From: Nemertoderma westbladi
Taxonomy: Eukaryota; Animalia; Xenacoelomorpha
DNA length: 64,000 bases
Direction of reading: 5' to 3'
Assembly (NCBI GenBank): GCA_032718475.1
Contig: JAUCBJ010001457.1
Span: 1 to 64,000 of the forward strand
A program made the position numbers and the translations under genes. Under the pieces are notes generated by a model. It saw nothing but the letters and a program-made list of their open reading frames with translations, was not told the DNA's origin and did no database searches. Within the stretch, counting starts at the first letter, position 1; every line of letters starts with the position of its first letter. Shown one piece after another: positions 27,201-36,650 of the stretch.

Positions 27201-28938
27201 AATGACCATGTTTAAGAATAGCCAGGTTGGTTTTAATTTTCCTGGTGAATACCGCAAGATTGTAGTGAAGCCTCTCAGTTTAAAATATGATGTTATTGCT
27301 GATTATCTTTCGGATAATTTAAATACAATACATGATGACCTGGCAGAGTGGGAACGATATAGGAACAATATTCTGCAGTTTAAGGAAACAGGGAAATGTA
27401 TGATACTTTCTAAAGTGAACGACTTTGCAGACAAGGTAGATAACTTCGATGATGTCGTTTTTGTTGATGAAGTGATTAAGCGTGGTACTGAATGTAGTAC
27501 AATAGAAAGTGGGAGTGATTCTGTTGATGCCACTTTAGATTGTATTATCGATTGCAGCAAGTCTGTCCGAAAGGATGTCGATTGTATTTCTATTTCTGAT
27601 GAGGATGATGATGCAGGGAAGATAACAATGGAAGTCGCGCCTGTATTTACGGAATCTGAAACTTTATCCAGTTTGAACTTGGGGGATCAGTCTACTTCAG
27701 ATTCCGGAATATTGGAAAACTTCGATTTTGGAGCAACTATAGATGTTCCAGTTTCTAATTTAAGGGAATCCTCTGAACCTCGTGAAATTACTATGGTGAC
27801 ACTTCCTACTTTACAAAATAAAACCCCAATGGATGTAAATACACTAAAAAAGAAGCCTATGAAGAACCTGTTTGAGCCGCGTGTATGGGTCACAGAAAAG
27901 GGGGATCGGTATGTCCAAATGTTGGACAGAGAGCGTGATTTGAGCACAACAATGGAGAATCAAACTAGTCATAATTTACATAGTTCACCCTTCCAAAGTA
28001 TGCCAGTATCCCCTGGAATTGAATGCATTCCCAATCCCAAGAATATTGTAGTGTCACAACATACAAACTTAAATAATTCAAATACAGGTGTACTTATGCA
28101 ATCTAACAGTTATTCTTCTGATGTTGTCTCAGTCCAGGCCTGTCCATATAATGTCCCTATACATACAGGAGCGGGAGGTTGGCACACAGAGACATACAAA
28201 TCTCCGAAAATTCAAACCTATAGATCTCCTGTTCCACCCCAGGAGCAAACTGAAACATTAAGACCAATGGGTCCGGCTGCAATAAGAGGCCCAACGAGTG
28301 TAAGAGGGAATAAGAAACGCTCATATCCTGATAGAACTGCGAACAACAACCCCTTTATTTGGGTCAGGCAAGGCACTCCTTATAGCACCACAGTGTTTGA
28401 CAATATTGTCAAACCAAAGGATTCATTCAAGCGAAATCATGCCAATCAAACAAAGTCTCGTAGAATTGAACAACCGATTACTGGAGGTGTTGGTTTACAG
28501 AAACAGCTGGAGTCTGACAGACAAAATCAAGAGGTCAGTGACCTTGTTGATGCTATACCCGAACAACCACCAGCACGAAAAAGAATTGGCATTAAAGTTA
28601 CACTAAAATCGATTACTAGTAAAAAGGATTCTATAAAACCTACACCAACGATAGACTGTATAGCAGAAGCAAAGGTTAACGATCATATGGACAGAGACAC
28701 CTCTGATGGTCGAAAGGAGGCTGATGTTTCCTCCTCTGGTTATGTGCAACAAAATGACTCCGACGTTTCTGGAAATTCTACATTAAATTTAGACGACTTA
28801 CCAGGAGATAAAATTTCCCTTCAGCCATCTCTTGCTGTACAATTAGAATTTCAGTTACCAGCTGGATCGTATGCTACAATGTGTCTTCGTGAACTCTCAA
28901 AGTCTAGGATTCACTTTGCCGCCCCACCATATACCTAA
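24271..28938 (+). CDS. Divergent PUS7L/TruD-family pseudouridine-synthase-like protein, probably catalytically inactive, single coding exon
   Basis: N-terminal GIDSYVGDHSGFYGVILQRCDDF, two R3H-like segments, GFANYF, SYSRWLFNYAVSHRL..YG..VVGDLV, YSIYDVVLPVVG, FPGEYRKIVVKP, C-terminal LEFQLPAGSYATMCLREL are collinear with PUS7/PUS7L; large acidic and low-complexity insertions. Confidence 0.88.
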   Translation: MEREGEATKHSTQSGIDSYVGDHSGFYGVILQRCDDFEATQLDFSGRPVTLDINLFPIVKEINRHVPPHDDSELIQLHQDSNSRILETVNLVNDCLVANRDRVTTDICEDTERGKDTNPLGKVDSVTTDICEGTEGGNDPNPLGKVDSVTTEICEDKEGGKDTVPVGNVDIVIDAGGTIVSDNERTLETVDIDRSNDNISIKKGDIGGPIDSNVKANNVVNLNEVDGEGTIDIIAKACNIDGIMDKCSEVNNTGEVDTFCATIDSSIYKADNVVGIDVKISDDILNADDDEQKIICSSEIKYDGGTVETCSKVDHKTDGGANDEKICEIVIEEILDNKYIPDIEAEKETKFDDFQRTSSMVDKESDILNTSKSAIADENNDCIIVKENSDKGEENDDCIIVQETNDPSSHYSNVPVQLSSKPIDIVPLSSVSSNSLTGNPTNMTINISHLLSNALQKSSHFLYHASVLGNNMSEEKLQMLNTFAGYKNFVMSNVRLVGNYPSSTDRIIILTAIKHVFPQLFPFEKSTEIHVVQNDLYYALLDLLPVTDFIDFFLFLVGPFEAIFSFNYYPNRKFCAKLVKVINAKCDGLVTAFLDTNVRCKFAAKAQRIIPYTPTETPIPEDVLITKSMKKKRKPKHQPASEIITTSYRHFFDHTLFVVETQFMKQTSLINRLCFLQQCDYYNFSSFNDHIGAGIVTQLMSLQGSSIDCFKDNIKQFGVPPGIRIGSKAPVDSHLLCSMLMSTLYKVTVRQAKVEEGSDDTFYSWLSAVVKVAIESVIKYGFANYFDPSIFIGGSGIQLHVVGMALLRTEYIRVCSTLLKPKPECNDPINIAKQAYHSNADMLTVLKMFRKLGALAEAELLQHMIRFKGEQDDLRLSLLFLSHHSKLNYITSYSRWLFNYAVSHRLATYGSSTAVVGDLVMTGESHDLSSIKMVSMYNVNDYSIYDVVLPVVGHSSNFPLHKTGVQIKDLMMQKGITMTMFKNSQVGFNFPGEYRKIVVKPLSLKYDVIADYLSDNLNTIHDDLAEWERYRNNILQFKETGKCMILSKVNDFADKVDNFDDVVFVDEVIKRGTECSTIESGSDSVDATLDCIIDCSKSVRKDVDCISISDEDDDAGKITMEVAPVFTESETLSSLNLGDQSTSDSGILENFDFGATIDVPVSNLRESSEPREITMVTLPTLQNKTPMDVNTLKKKPMKNLFEPRVWVTEKGDRYVQMLDRERDLSTTMENQTSHNLHSSPFQSMPVSPGIECIPNPKNIVVSQHTNLNNSNTGVLMQSNSYSSDVVSVQACPYNVPIHTGAGGWHTETYKSPKIQTYRSPVPPQEQTETLRPMGPAAIRGPTSVRGNKKRSYPDRTANNNPFIWVRQGTPYSTTVFDNIVKPKDSFKRNHANQTKSRRIEQPITGGVGLQKQLESDRQNQEVSDLVDAIPEQPPARKRIGIKVTLKSITSKKDSIKPTPTIDCIAEAKVNDHMDRDTSDGRKEADVSSSGYVQQNDSDVSGNSTLNLDDLPGDKISLQPSLAVQLEFQLPAGSYATMCLRELSKSRIHFAAPPYT
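24571..24777 (+). repeat. In-frame 69-bp (23-aa) tandem repeat x3
   Basis: DRVTTDICEDTERGKDTNPLGKV / DSVTTDICEGTEGGNDPNPLGKV / DSVTTEICEDKEGGKDTVPVGNV. Confidence 0.92.
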
Positions 28939-30162
28939 CTTATTTCATTTTTAAGTTTATGATTACCTGTCCAGTTGATATTATTGGCTAATATTTGTTC
29001 ATCTTTATTGATAATAATATATTAACACAATATTTTGTATTACATAAGTTTAATGTTTATTTTTCTGTTATGTATTGTGTCGTGTCTTGGTTATATACTG
29101 AGAATATGTTTTAAATATAATAATAATATGCATTGTATTGTATGTACTAAAAATATCTTAATGATTTTTATATTTCTACATCTACATTTCTCATCTAAAA
29201 ATATATTTGTATTGTATCATTGTGTTAAATATACCACTTTACCGGATTAGATCATGATGAGTCCCACTTTACCGAAGTTGAATGTTAGAATAACCCCCCT
29301 CTCTCTCTTATCCAGAACCAATGTATGTATACTAGGTCCAATGGTAACGTCCGAAATTTCCACAAATTTTGTTAGATTAGAACATCTGAGGTTGAGCTCT
29401 ATCTGAAACATGCGAGGTTAACTATTCACTTTATTCAGGTACACCAAAATTGATGTAATCCTTAGTCCCAAGTCTAGTCTTTTGTCTTTTTAATAACGTT
29501 TAGATGGAGGGAGAGGGTTATTCTATTTTGTCCAAGGGCGGGGGGGGGGGGGGGTGTCAATGGGTGTCTAGCATATGACACCGGTATATAATCCTTTTAG
29601 AGTGTTTATATTACTCATATATACACATTTGTGTAATTATTTGGGTTCCAAATTTTTTATCTATAAATAAATATAATCTCACAATGCTAAATATTTACCC
29701 GAAGTGGGTAGTGAATTTAATAGTGTTTGGGCTACAGCCACAGCTCACATTAGATATTTATTACCTTCCCCACCCAACTTACTATGATAAAACTAGTATG
29801 AAATAATTATGTTATGATGTATCTTGCCATTATATTTATTATCTTTAAAACTGAATATGAACATTCAACTACAGTCAATCATTGGCCACAACTATCATAT
29901 GATATAGCCTAGCCAGACAACCTTATTGTTTTTTTCCGAAATAAAGTAAAAGAAACCTAAAGGTTTGATATCAATTAGGCATCACTCATACCAGGATTCA
30001 TTGAACTGTTCATATTTACTCGATACTATTCTGGCCTATTGCCTATCTATGTCTGGCATTGTAAACACAGAAGCTTTTAAATGAATATAATCCAATTTAT
30101 AAAGAACTATAGAATGTTGATAAGTCGTCTTCCTATACCATAGTGTGTACCTGCATCCGAAC

Positions 30163-33100
30163 ATGGAAATCGGCAAAAGTGTTGTTTCTATGGTCTCTTT
30201 TGATGATGGAGCATTCCAGTCCCCAGAAGACGACGATATAGGGGCGAGTGAGGATCAAGCAAGGGAGAAAGAATTACAAACCCTATTGGACAATGAGTTA
30301 GATGATGAAGATCTTGATGAGAGTGACATTTCTCATGTGGATACTCAGAAAAATTCCATTGCGGATAGTAGTTCTGAACACCCTGGAAGTCCACCGGAAC
30401 CTGGTAGCCACGAACAACCTACTACACCAGCTCTCTGGTCTGGTGGTTACTGTGCTGCACCATGGCCGAGGCTTGGTGGCACTGGGGTGCCCGATGAAGC
30501 CATGACTCCATGGATGCAGCGTTTGAGGTCTGCTACCCACCAAGCTACTTCTACGCCTCTAGCTGGTACGACTGCACCCGTCTTGCAGACTCCAGACAGT
30601 GCAGGTGTCGCTGTGAATGGTCGCCTTACTCCAAGTCCAGAGGATCATCTGGACCAATTGCGTGCGATGAATCTTAATCGTGATGTGTCAGCTGGATACC
30701 ATTACTGTAGCAGCAACGATGGGGGAGACCAAAACTGGGGCCAACCGGCTCCCCAACTAATAGGTAATAACAGTGGCCAAGCTGGACCCCAACTGCGAGG
30801 TCTAAACTGGTCAGAAGGAGCTGATGCAGCCGACCGAACACTCACTGCCGGCAACAACTCTGTTAAAGTGCCCGGTGTTTTCCTAAATGAGAATGAACAG
30901 TTTTTCAATGTAGTTCCGAGTGAAGATAACATAATTATTACAGCAGCAGGAGGGGGTGATTGGGTGGAGCGTGGGTGTGTATGGCCCGTCACCCTTGGTG
31001 ACAGCCAATTCGTGGCCTTGGCACAAAGCTACAACCAGACAGCAATGATGGCTGCTGGCCACCAAAGCCACGTGGTTCGGGAACAGACTCCCCAGACTGA
31101 TGCCAACCATTGGAATGTACCCCAATGTGATTCTATCAGTCCATTCACTGCTCTTAGTGATCACCCACTGGTTGATTATGAGGGGTCTCAACATCCAGCA
31201 GCAACCACCCTTAATGTAATCACAAATGAATCATTGAAGGCCACATACAAACCAGTTAGTAGGATTAATTCCTCTGATTCTACTGCCGTGACCGAATCTA
31301 AGCAACTGGTTTCCTTTGGTACCAGCCATGTACCTCGCGCATTATTGCACAAATCTGGAGATGGAACTGAAACTGAGCAGACTAGTAACCATGACCAGAA
31401 GTATTCAAATGCGGGAAAGGAGTACTTAGAACGTTTAGAAATTCTCTATCAAGCTCGAGGTCATAAACTGGAAGAGATTAAAGATTCTATGGAAAAGGAA
31501 AGAGTAGAATCTACTAAACAAATACACATGCTAAAACACCAGGTTGCTATGGTGACTGATCAAAAGGATGGTCTTGTAGTTAATTTTGAACAATCATCCA
31601 AATTAGTTAAAGAATTGCAGAAAGACAAGGCAGATATTACCTCACAGTTACAGTTGCTACGACAACAAATATCTGCAGGTCATAATGATGCTGGGGAGTT
31701 ACGCGAGAGACTGGAAGTAGCAAAGGCGGATATTGACAGTCAACAGCAAGAACTGGTAGAGCTGAAGTCAACAGGAACTGTATCCAGGATACAAAACGAT
31801 CACAGACAAGCACTAGCACAGGTCGAACAACGCCACCAAGCAGAGTGCTCAGAACTTCGTGGTCTCATTGACGAGCTTCGCAATACATTGACTCTCAGGA
31901 CAGGTGAGTTGGAGGGCTGGCGGTTGAAGTATGACGAGCTTACTCAGGATCGTGAGAAGGAAGGCTTGGAACGAGCAGAGACTGTGAGCAAACTTACACG
32001 ACATCTCGAAGATACACAGCGGCAGTTAGCTGACCTCTGCCATAAAGGTTCTTCTTCGTCTCTGCAACAACTGCAATCAGCTTTGGATCAATCGAAGATT
32101 GGAAAACGAATGGCTGAAGGTTTGTGTGAAAGTCTGCAGTGTGAACTCCGTGAACTTAGAGAGCAATTACAGCTGTATGACGCAGCTTCGCGATTGGTTG
32201 ACAGCGGTATACCTAGTTCAAATACCGCATCTATTAACCAATCAGAGATATGTCAACAGCTACAAGCTTCTATACTTAACCAGTCAAAGATTACAGACTT
32301 AAATGAAGAGATTAGGGAGATGCACTGCAAAGCAAAGAAACTAGAGGAAAATTTGGACCTCGAATCCACAAAGTTTGCATCTCTTAACTCCCAGTTACAA
32401 TACGAAAAAGAAAAACGAAGTGAAGCTGAGAGTCAGCTAGAGGCCATCCGTTCCGGAACAATTAATCCTGTTAAAATAACCGAATTAGAGGAGGAGATTG
32501 CTAACCTTCACGAAGAAGTCGAAGCATATGATAAGTTAAAAAGTTCATTGGAGGCTCGGGTCAAGGAAATCGAGGATGAATGCAATGACAGCAGAAAAGC
32601 TATGATAGATTTGGTTAATCAAGCTGATAAGGACAAAGAAATTGCAATGGACCAGGTGCGGGACTCGTGTTTGCGGTTTCACGAAGATGCCCGGGCCAAT
32701 CTACGTAACCAACTGACCGCAGAATTCGAGACAAGGATAGAAACTATTACTGGGGAACATGAGAAAGAAATGGAGCAGATGCAACAACATGTTCAGGAGG
32801 CTATGGCCGATGTATATACAGTCAAGGGCAATTATGTGTCCCTGTGTGAAGAGAAACGGGTTACTGAGAAAGCTTTGGCGGCTGAATTGGAGGAAAAGAC
32901 TCAAATTATTAGTAGTTTAAGTAAGGATGTTGAGCAATGTAAGAAGATTGCTTATGAGAAAGAACAACACGAAATTAAGGATAATCTAGCAAAGGAGTTT
33001 GATCTTGTGATTTGTAATAAAAACGCAGTCATTGAAGATTTGCAAGCTGAACTAGAAATAATGAAGATATCTAAGGATGACAGTGGAGACAAACCCAATC

Positions 33101-34950
33101 ACGACGAAATTGTAGTTGGTTTGAAAGAAGAGTGTGGGAAACTTCGGGGTAAAATTCTAGTCTTAGAAGAAGAATTAAATAGAAGCTTAAAGGAGGACGA
33201 GAAGGAATCAATGCAAATATTACAACAGAAACTTAAAGAAAGAGAGACGGAATTAGTGAATTGCAAATGCGCACATGAACTTTTGATAGAAGAACTTAGG
33301 AACGAGTCTAAAATTGAACACAATAAGAAGTTTGCGTACCTCGAGAAGCAATTGGAAATATGTCAGGTTTCCGTGAATAAACATATTGAAACTATAAAAG
33401 GCCTGGAAGACGCCATGGCGGATCAGATATTAGGTCGAGAGATGGCGGTTAACGATCTCAAGGTTGCCATGGAGACTGAACAAAGGAGGTTATTGTTGGA
33501 AAAGGAACAAACTTACGAAACCCATTGCCAGGAATTGTCAAGCAAACATAATGCGGCTTTAGAGAAAGCTCTAAACGATGCTAGAGTTAAAGCTGATGAA
33601 GAAAAGAGATTCCTCTATGAAGAAATGAGTCAAAAAATGGAAGATGCGGTAGGGGAAAGCGAATGCGAAATAGCCACCCGGACAGCGGAACTAAGCAAGG
33701 CCGTGTCGGTTCTCAAAACAGAAAACTGTGAATTGAGACGAAAGTTACAAGAACAGTTGAGGACAGCGAGTGTGTCGGTACAGACGGACACCGAGGGACC
33801 GACAACCGAACATCGCGAACTGAAACTGAAATACATTAAACTGAAACGCAAATACATTGAGGCGGACAAATATTGGAAGAAAGAGTTTACCACATTGCAG
33901 GGCGAGATGGAGGAAAGTCAGCTGACCTCCATGGCCCTCCTGGAGGGACAGGTTAATCACATCCAACAAGCGATGAGTAATCATTCGTCCCCTAACAGAA
34001 GCAATTATGCGCAATCGTTGTTGAGTTTAGATCAGTCGGAGATCGCCTGCCAAACTGAAAGTAATTTATCTTCTCCAAGGAGTTGCACCCCCACCAATGA
34101 AGTAATAGATAAACTGAGTGATGGGATTATTACTCGTAAGAGCTCGAATGAATTAGTAGATGGTGTGGCAGCCTTGCAGTCCCAGTACTCTGAGACACTT
34201 AACTCGATTCAGTCTACGGTCGTCGATTACCTTAATAACAGCCATAAACGGTCCGCTGAGTTTGTTAGAGAGGCGCTCAATTTAGAACGCAATTCTACCA
34301 AGATGGAAGTTGAGACATATTACGCTGACGCACTACACAACATAGTTGATGATGCGAAAAGTAAAGATTCTGGGAGTGACAGATTACTTTCCCAACGTAT
34401 TTCCTCTCTACTTCACTCGCTTAATTCGTCCCTTTCATCACCTAACGACCAATCAACTCCAAGGCCCTCTAGTTGCCCGGTTACGAGACAACCCGCTTAC
34501 TCATTATATTTTGGGAACAGCGATTCAGATATTTCTCCCAAACAAACTAATTTTATGACGAAAACCACTGAAACTAATGATAAATCAAAACAATCAAAAC
34601 CACAATCAAGTGGTAATGTAAAAGATGTAAACCTGAAAAAAGATAATATCGCCCGAAATAACAATCTTTCTGCAGCTTCTAAATTATTTCACACAAATTC
34701 TTCGAGACCAAATCGTAATAATCAGTCAGCTCTGATGCAAAAACCGAGGTCGGTTCCCCGGACTACTGTTCCCATGACGACATATCCAATTGGGCAACGT
34801 TCAGTCCAAAACGCAGGGGACATGATATCTAGACGGGGGATTATAGAACCCATATTATTGGACAGACACCCCAGTGATTCATATAGTACCGGCACTGAAT
34901 ACGTTGGTTTACCAGACACTATGTCGAGGATGGCACCCGAGATAGATTAA
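30163..34950 (+). CDS. CEP152: Centrosomal protein CEP152/asterless-like, single coding exon (start ATG 30163 or 30190)
   Basis: Acidic N-terminus EDQAREKELQTLLDNELDDEDLD matches the PLK4-binding helix of CEP152; LERLEILYQARGHKLEE, RAETVSKLTRHLEDTQRQLADL, DVYTVKGNYVSLCEEK and about 850 aa of coiled coil. Confidence 0.85.
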   Translation: MEIGKSVVSMVSFDDGAFQSPEDDDIGASEDQAREKELQTLLDNELDDEDLDESDISHVDTQKNSIADSSSEHPGSPPEPGSHEQPTTPALWSGGYCAAPWPRLGGTGVPDEAMTPWMQRLRSATHQATSTPLAGTTAPVLQTPDSAGVAVNGRLTPSPEDHLDQLRAMNLNRDVSAGYHYCSSNDGGDQNWGQPAPQLIGNNSGQAGPQLRGLNWSEGADAADRTLTAGNNSVKVPGVFLNENEQFFNVVPSEDNIIITAAGGGDWVERGCVWPVTLGDSQFVALAQSYNQTAMMAAGHQSHVVREQTPQTDANHWNVPQCDSISPFTALSDHPLVDYEGSQHPAATTLNVITNESLKATYKPVSRINSSDSTAVTESKQLVSFGTSHVPRALLHKSGDGTETEQTSNHDQKYSNAGKEYLERLEILYQARGHKLEEIKDSMEKERVESTKQIHMLKHQVAMVTDQKDGLVVNFEQSSKLVKELQKDKADITSQLQLLRQQISAGHNDAGELRERLEVAKADIDSQQQELVELKSTGTVSRIQNDHRQALAQVEQRHQAECSELRGLIDELRNTLTLRTGELEGWRLKYDELTQDREKEGLERAETVSKLTRHLEDTQRQLADLCHKGSSSSLQQLQSALDQSKIGKRMAEGLCESLQCELRELREQLQLYDAASRLVDSGIPSSNTASINQSEICQQLQASILNQSKITDLNEEIREMHCKAKKLEENLDLESTKFASLNSQLQYEKEKRSEAESQLEAIRSGTINPVKITELEEEIANLHEEVEAYDKLKSSLEARVKEIEDECNDSRKAMIDLVNQADKDKEIAMDQVRDSCLRFHEDARANLRNQLTAEFETRIETITGEHEKEMEQMQQHVQEAMADVYTVKGNYVSLCEEKRVTEKALAAELEEKTQIISSLSKDVEQCKKIAYEKEQHEIKDNLAKEFDLVICNKNAVIEDLQAELEIMKISKDDSGDKPNHDEIVVGLKEECGKLRGKILVLEEELNRSLKEDEKESMQILQQKLKERETELVNCKCAHELLIEELRNESKIEHNKKFAYLEKQLEICQVSVNKHIETIKGLEDAMADQILGREMAVNDLKVAMETEQRRLLLEKEQTYETHCQELSSKHNAALEKALNDARVKADEEKRFLYEEMSQKMEDAVGESECEIATRTAELSKAVSVLKTENCELRRKLQEQLRTASVSVQTDTEGPTTEHRELKLKYIKLKRKYIEADKYWKKEFTTLQGEMEESQLTSMALLEGQVNHIQQAMSNHSSPNRSNYAQSLLSLDQSEIACQTESNLSSPRSCTPTNEVIDKLSDGIITRKSSNELVDGVAALQSQYSETLNSIQSTVVDYLNNSHKRSAEFVREALNLERNSTKMEVETYYADALHNIVDDAKSKDSGSDRLLSQRISSLLHSLNSSLSSPNDQSTPRPSSCPVTRQPAYSLYFGNSDSDISPKQTNFMTKTTETNDKSKQSKPQSSGNVKDVNLKKDNIARNNNLSAASKLFHTNSSRPNRNNQSALMQKPRSVPRTTVPMTTYPIGQRSVQNAGDMISRRGIIEPILLDRHPSDSYSTGTEYVGLPDTMSRMAPEID

Positions 34951-35919
34951 GCTAGGGCTATTTCTTATAAACTTACAGTCTTCTATGAGTTCTTCCTGGT
35001 TCTTTTTTATTTCAAATGGGGTTGGTGAAACATAACTTTTTTACCAGATTTTGTTGATTTCATGTGAAAAAAGTATGTGAACCCCTGAGATTTTTACTTT
35101 AAAAAACATAATATAATATTTCAAAACTCAAAAATTGCAACATATTAATTGGGATTGATTGATTTTAGGTGTAATTTATTGATTTGTTTTTGTTTAGAAA
35201 CCACAATTGTTTATGATATAACGAGGCATTTTTTGGCGATAAGGGTATTTGAGGTCGAATTTCTGTCAATCGATAGTCATTGAAGTAAAGTTTGTCTGCA
35301 CCAAAATTTAGGAAAATCCCTCCAATAGTAGTTATCTTGTTGCTATGTATGTCATGTCCATGTTGCTAAGGAAGAAAGCTTCAATGAGCAATTTTTATAA
35401 AAAGGCAGATATTTTTCTGATGCGAATTTTGCGCCCTAAAATAGCTGTTTATCTGCCAATATTATAGTTTTTTTTTTCAAGTAAAAAAACAGGTCTTCAC
35501 AATTCACATGCTATTTCACAGGTTCTTGACCCCTATTCTAGAATACATTTATATAAGTCCAACCAATATGACCACAGCATTAATCATTTAATTAAATAAA
35601 TAATCTAGTGTAATGTACAACTAACATATTGCCTATTTTGTAATATTCAAACTTTATTTAATCGAAATTTATTGCTTTTTCTATCTGTTAGTTATGTGTT
35701 GATTTTTCTATTTTGTGTCACATTTAGTTTTGCAAAATATACAATATTCATATACCATTTGTATTTAAATATATGTAATATTTACTATTTGAAACATAAT
35801 GGTGTGTAGTGATAGTCTACACTCGCCTTGGTGTGAGAGATACTTAATTGCTAGGTTACGCCATTGAGTACGAAATGTCATTCGATGAAATTGAAAATAA
35901 ATATTTTTCGACTAATCGG

Positions 35920-36650
35920 ATACTACTACTAGGTCGAGCGAACTCGGACAGTGGAAATGAGATCCTTCCAGGCTTCCCGATTCTCCATAGTTGTCGCAAT
36001 TTCGATTCTCCCAAGTTCAGTATCCCTTTCAAGTTGGTCTATAGATGTTATAGCCGGTCGTCCACGGGTACGCTTTCCTTGTGTTGGATCTGGATACAGA
36101 AAAGTAGATCTGGTATGACCTCGTCTTTACTTCGCCAGCAGTGCCCACTGAATCTTAATCTGTGTTCACGGAGGGTGGTTGATATAGGCGGTATTGTACC
36201 ATAAAGCTCGGCGTTTGTCATGTGTTGTCTCCAACTGATGTTTAGGGCTGCCATTAGTAGTCTCGTGTAGCAACCATCAATTCGTTGTTCAAGTGATTTA
36301 GTCAGTGTCCAGGTCTTACCCCCGTATAAAAATACACTTTCCACTGTGGCTCGAAAGAACTTAGTCTTCAGGTGTCTGGAGAGATCTGATTTCCAGATGG
36401 TATCCATTTTTGATAGAGCCACCCAAGCCTTTGCTTTCCTAACTTTTATGTCCTTTTTGCTACTCTCTATCCATGATCCAAGGTACTGGAAATCGTCGAC
36501 CTTCCTTAGTTGATTATTATCAATGGTTGTCAAGTTTCCATTAACATTAAAAGTCATGAATTCGGTCTTGGTAGCATTTATATGCAATCCAACCTCCTTA
36601 GCAGCCCTCTCCACTTTATTTAGTAGAAGCTGTGCATCTGCTAGCGTATT
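35920..36650 (-). mobile_element. 5'-truncated RTE-clade non-LTR retrotransposon (3' end of ORF)
   Basis: AQLLLNKVERAAKEVGLHINATKTEFM, VDDFQYLGSWI, FFRATVESVFLYG..TWTLT, RLRFSGHCWRS; a frameshifted tail ...MENREAWK; 3' (TAG)n microsatellite tail at about 35920. Confidence 0.88.

Noticed and set aside
24474-34919. Short overlapping and antisense ORFs within PUS7L-like and CEP152
   Set aside because: Shadow frames of long coding sequences without motifs.
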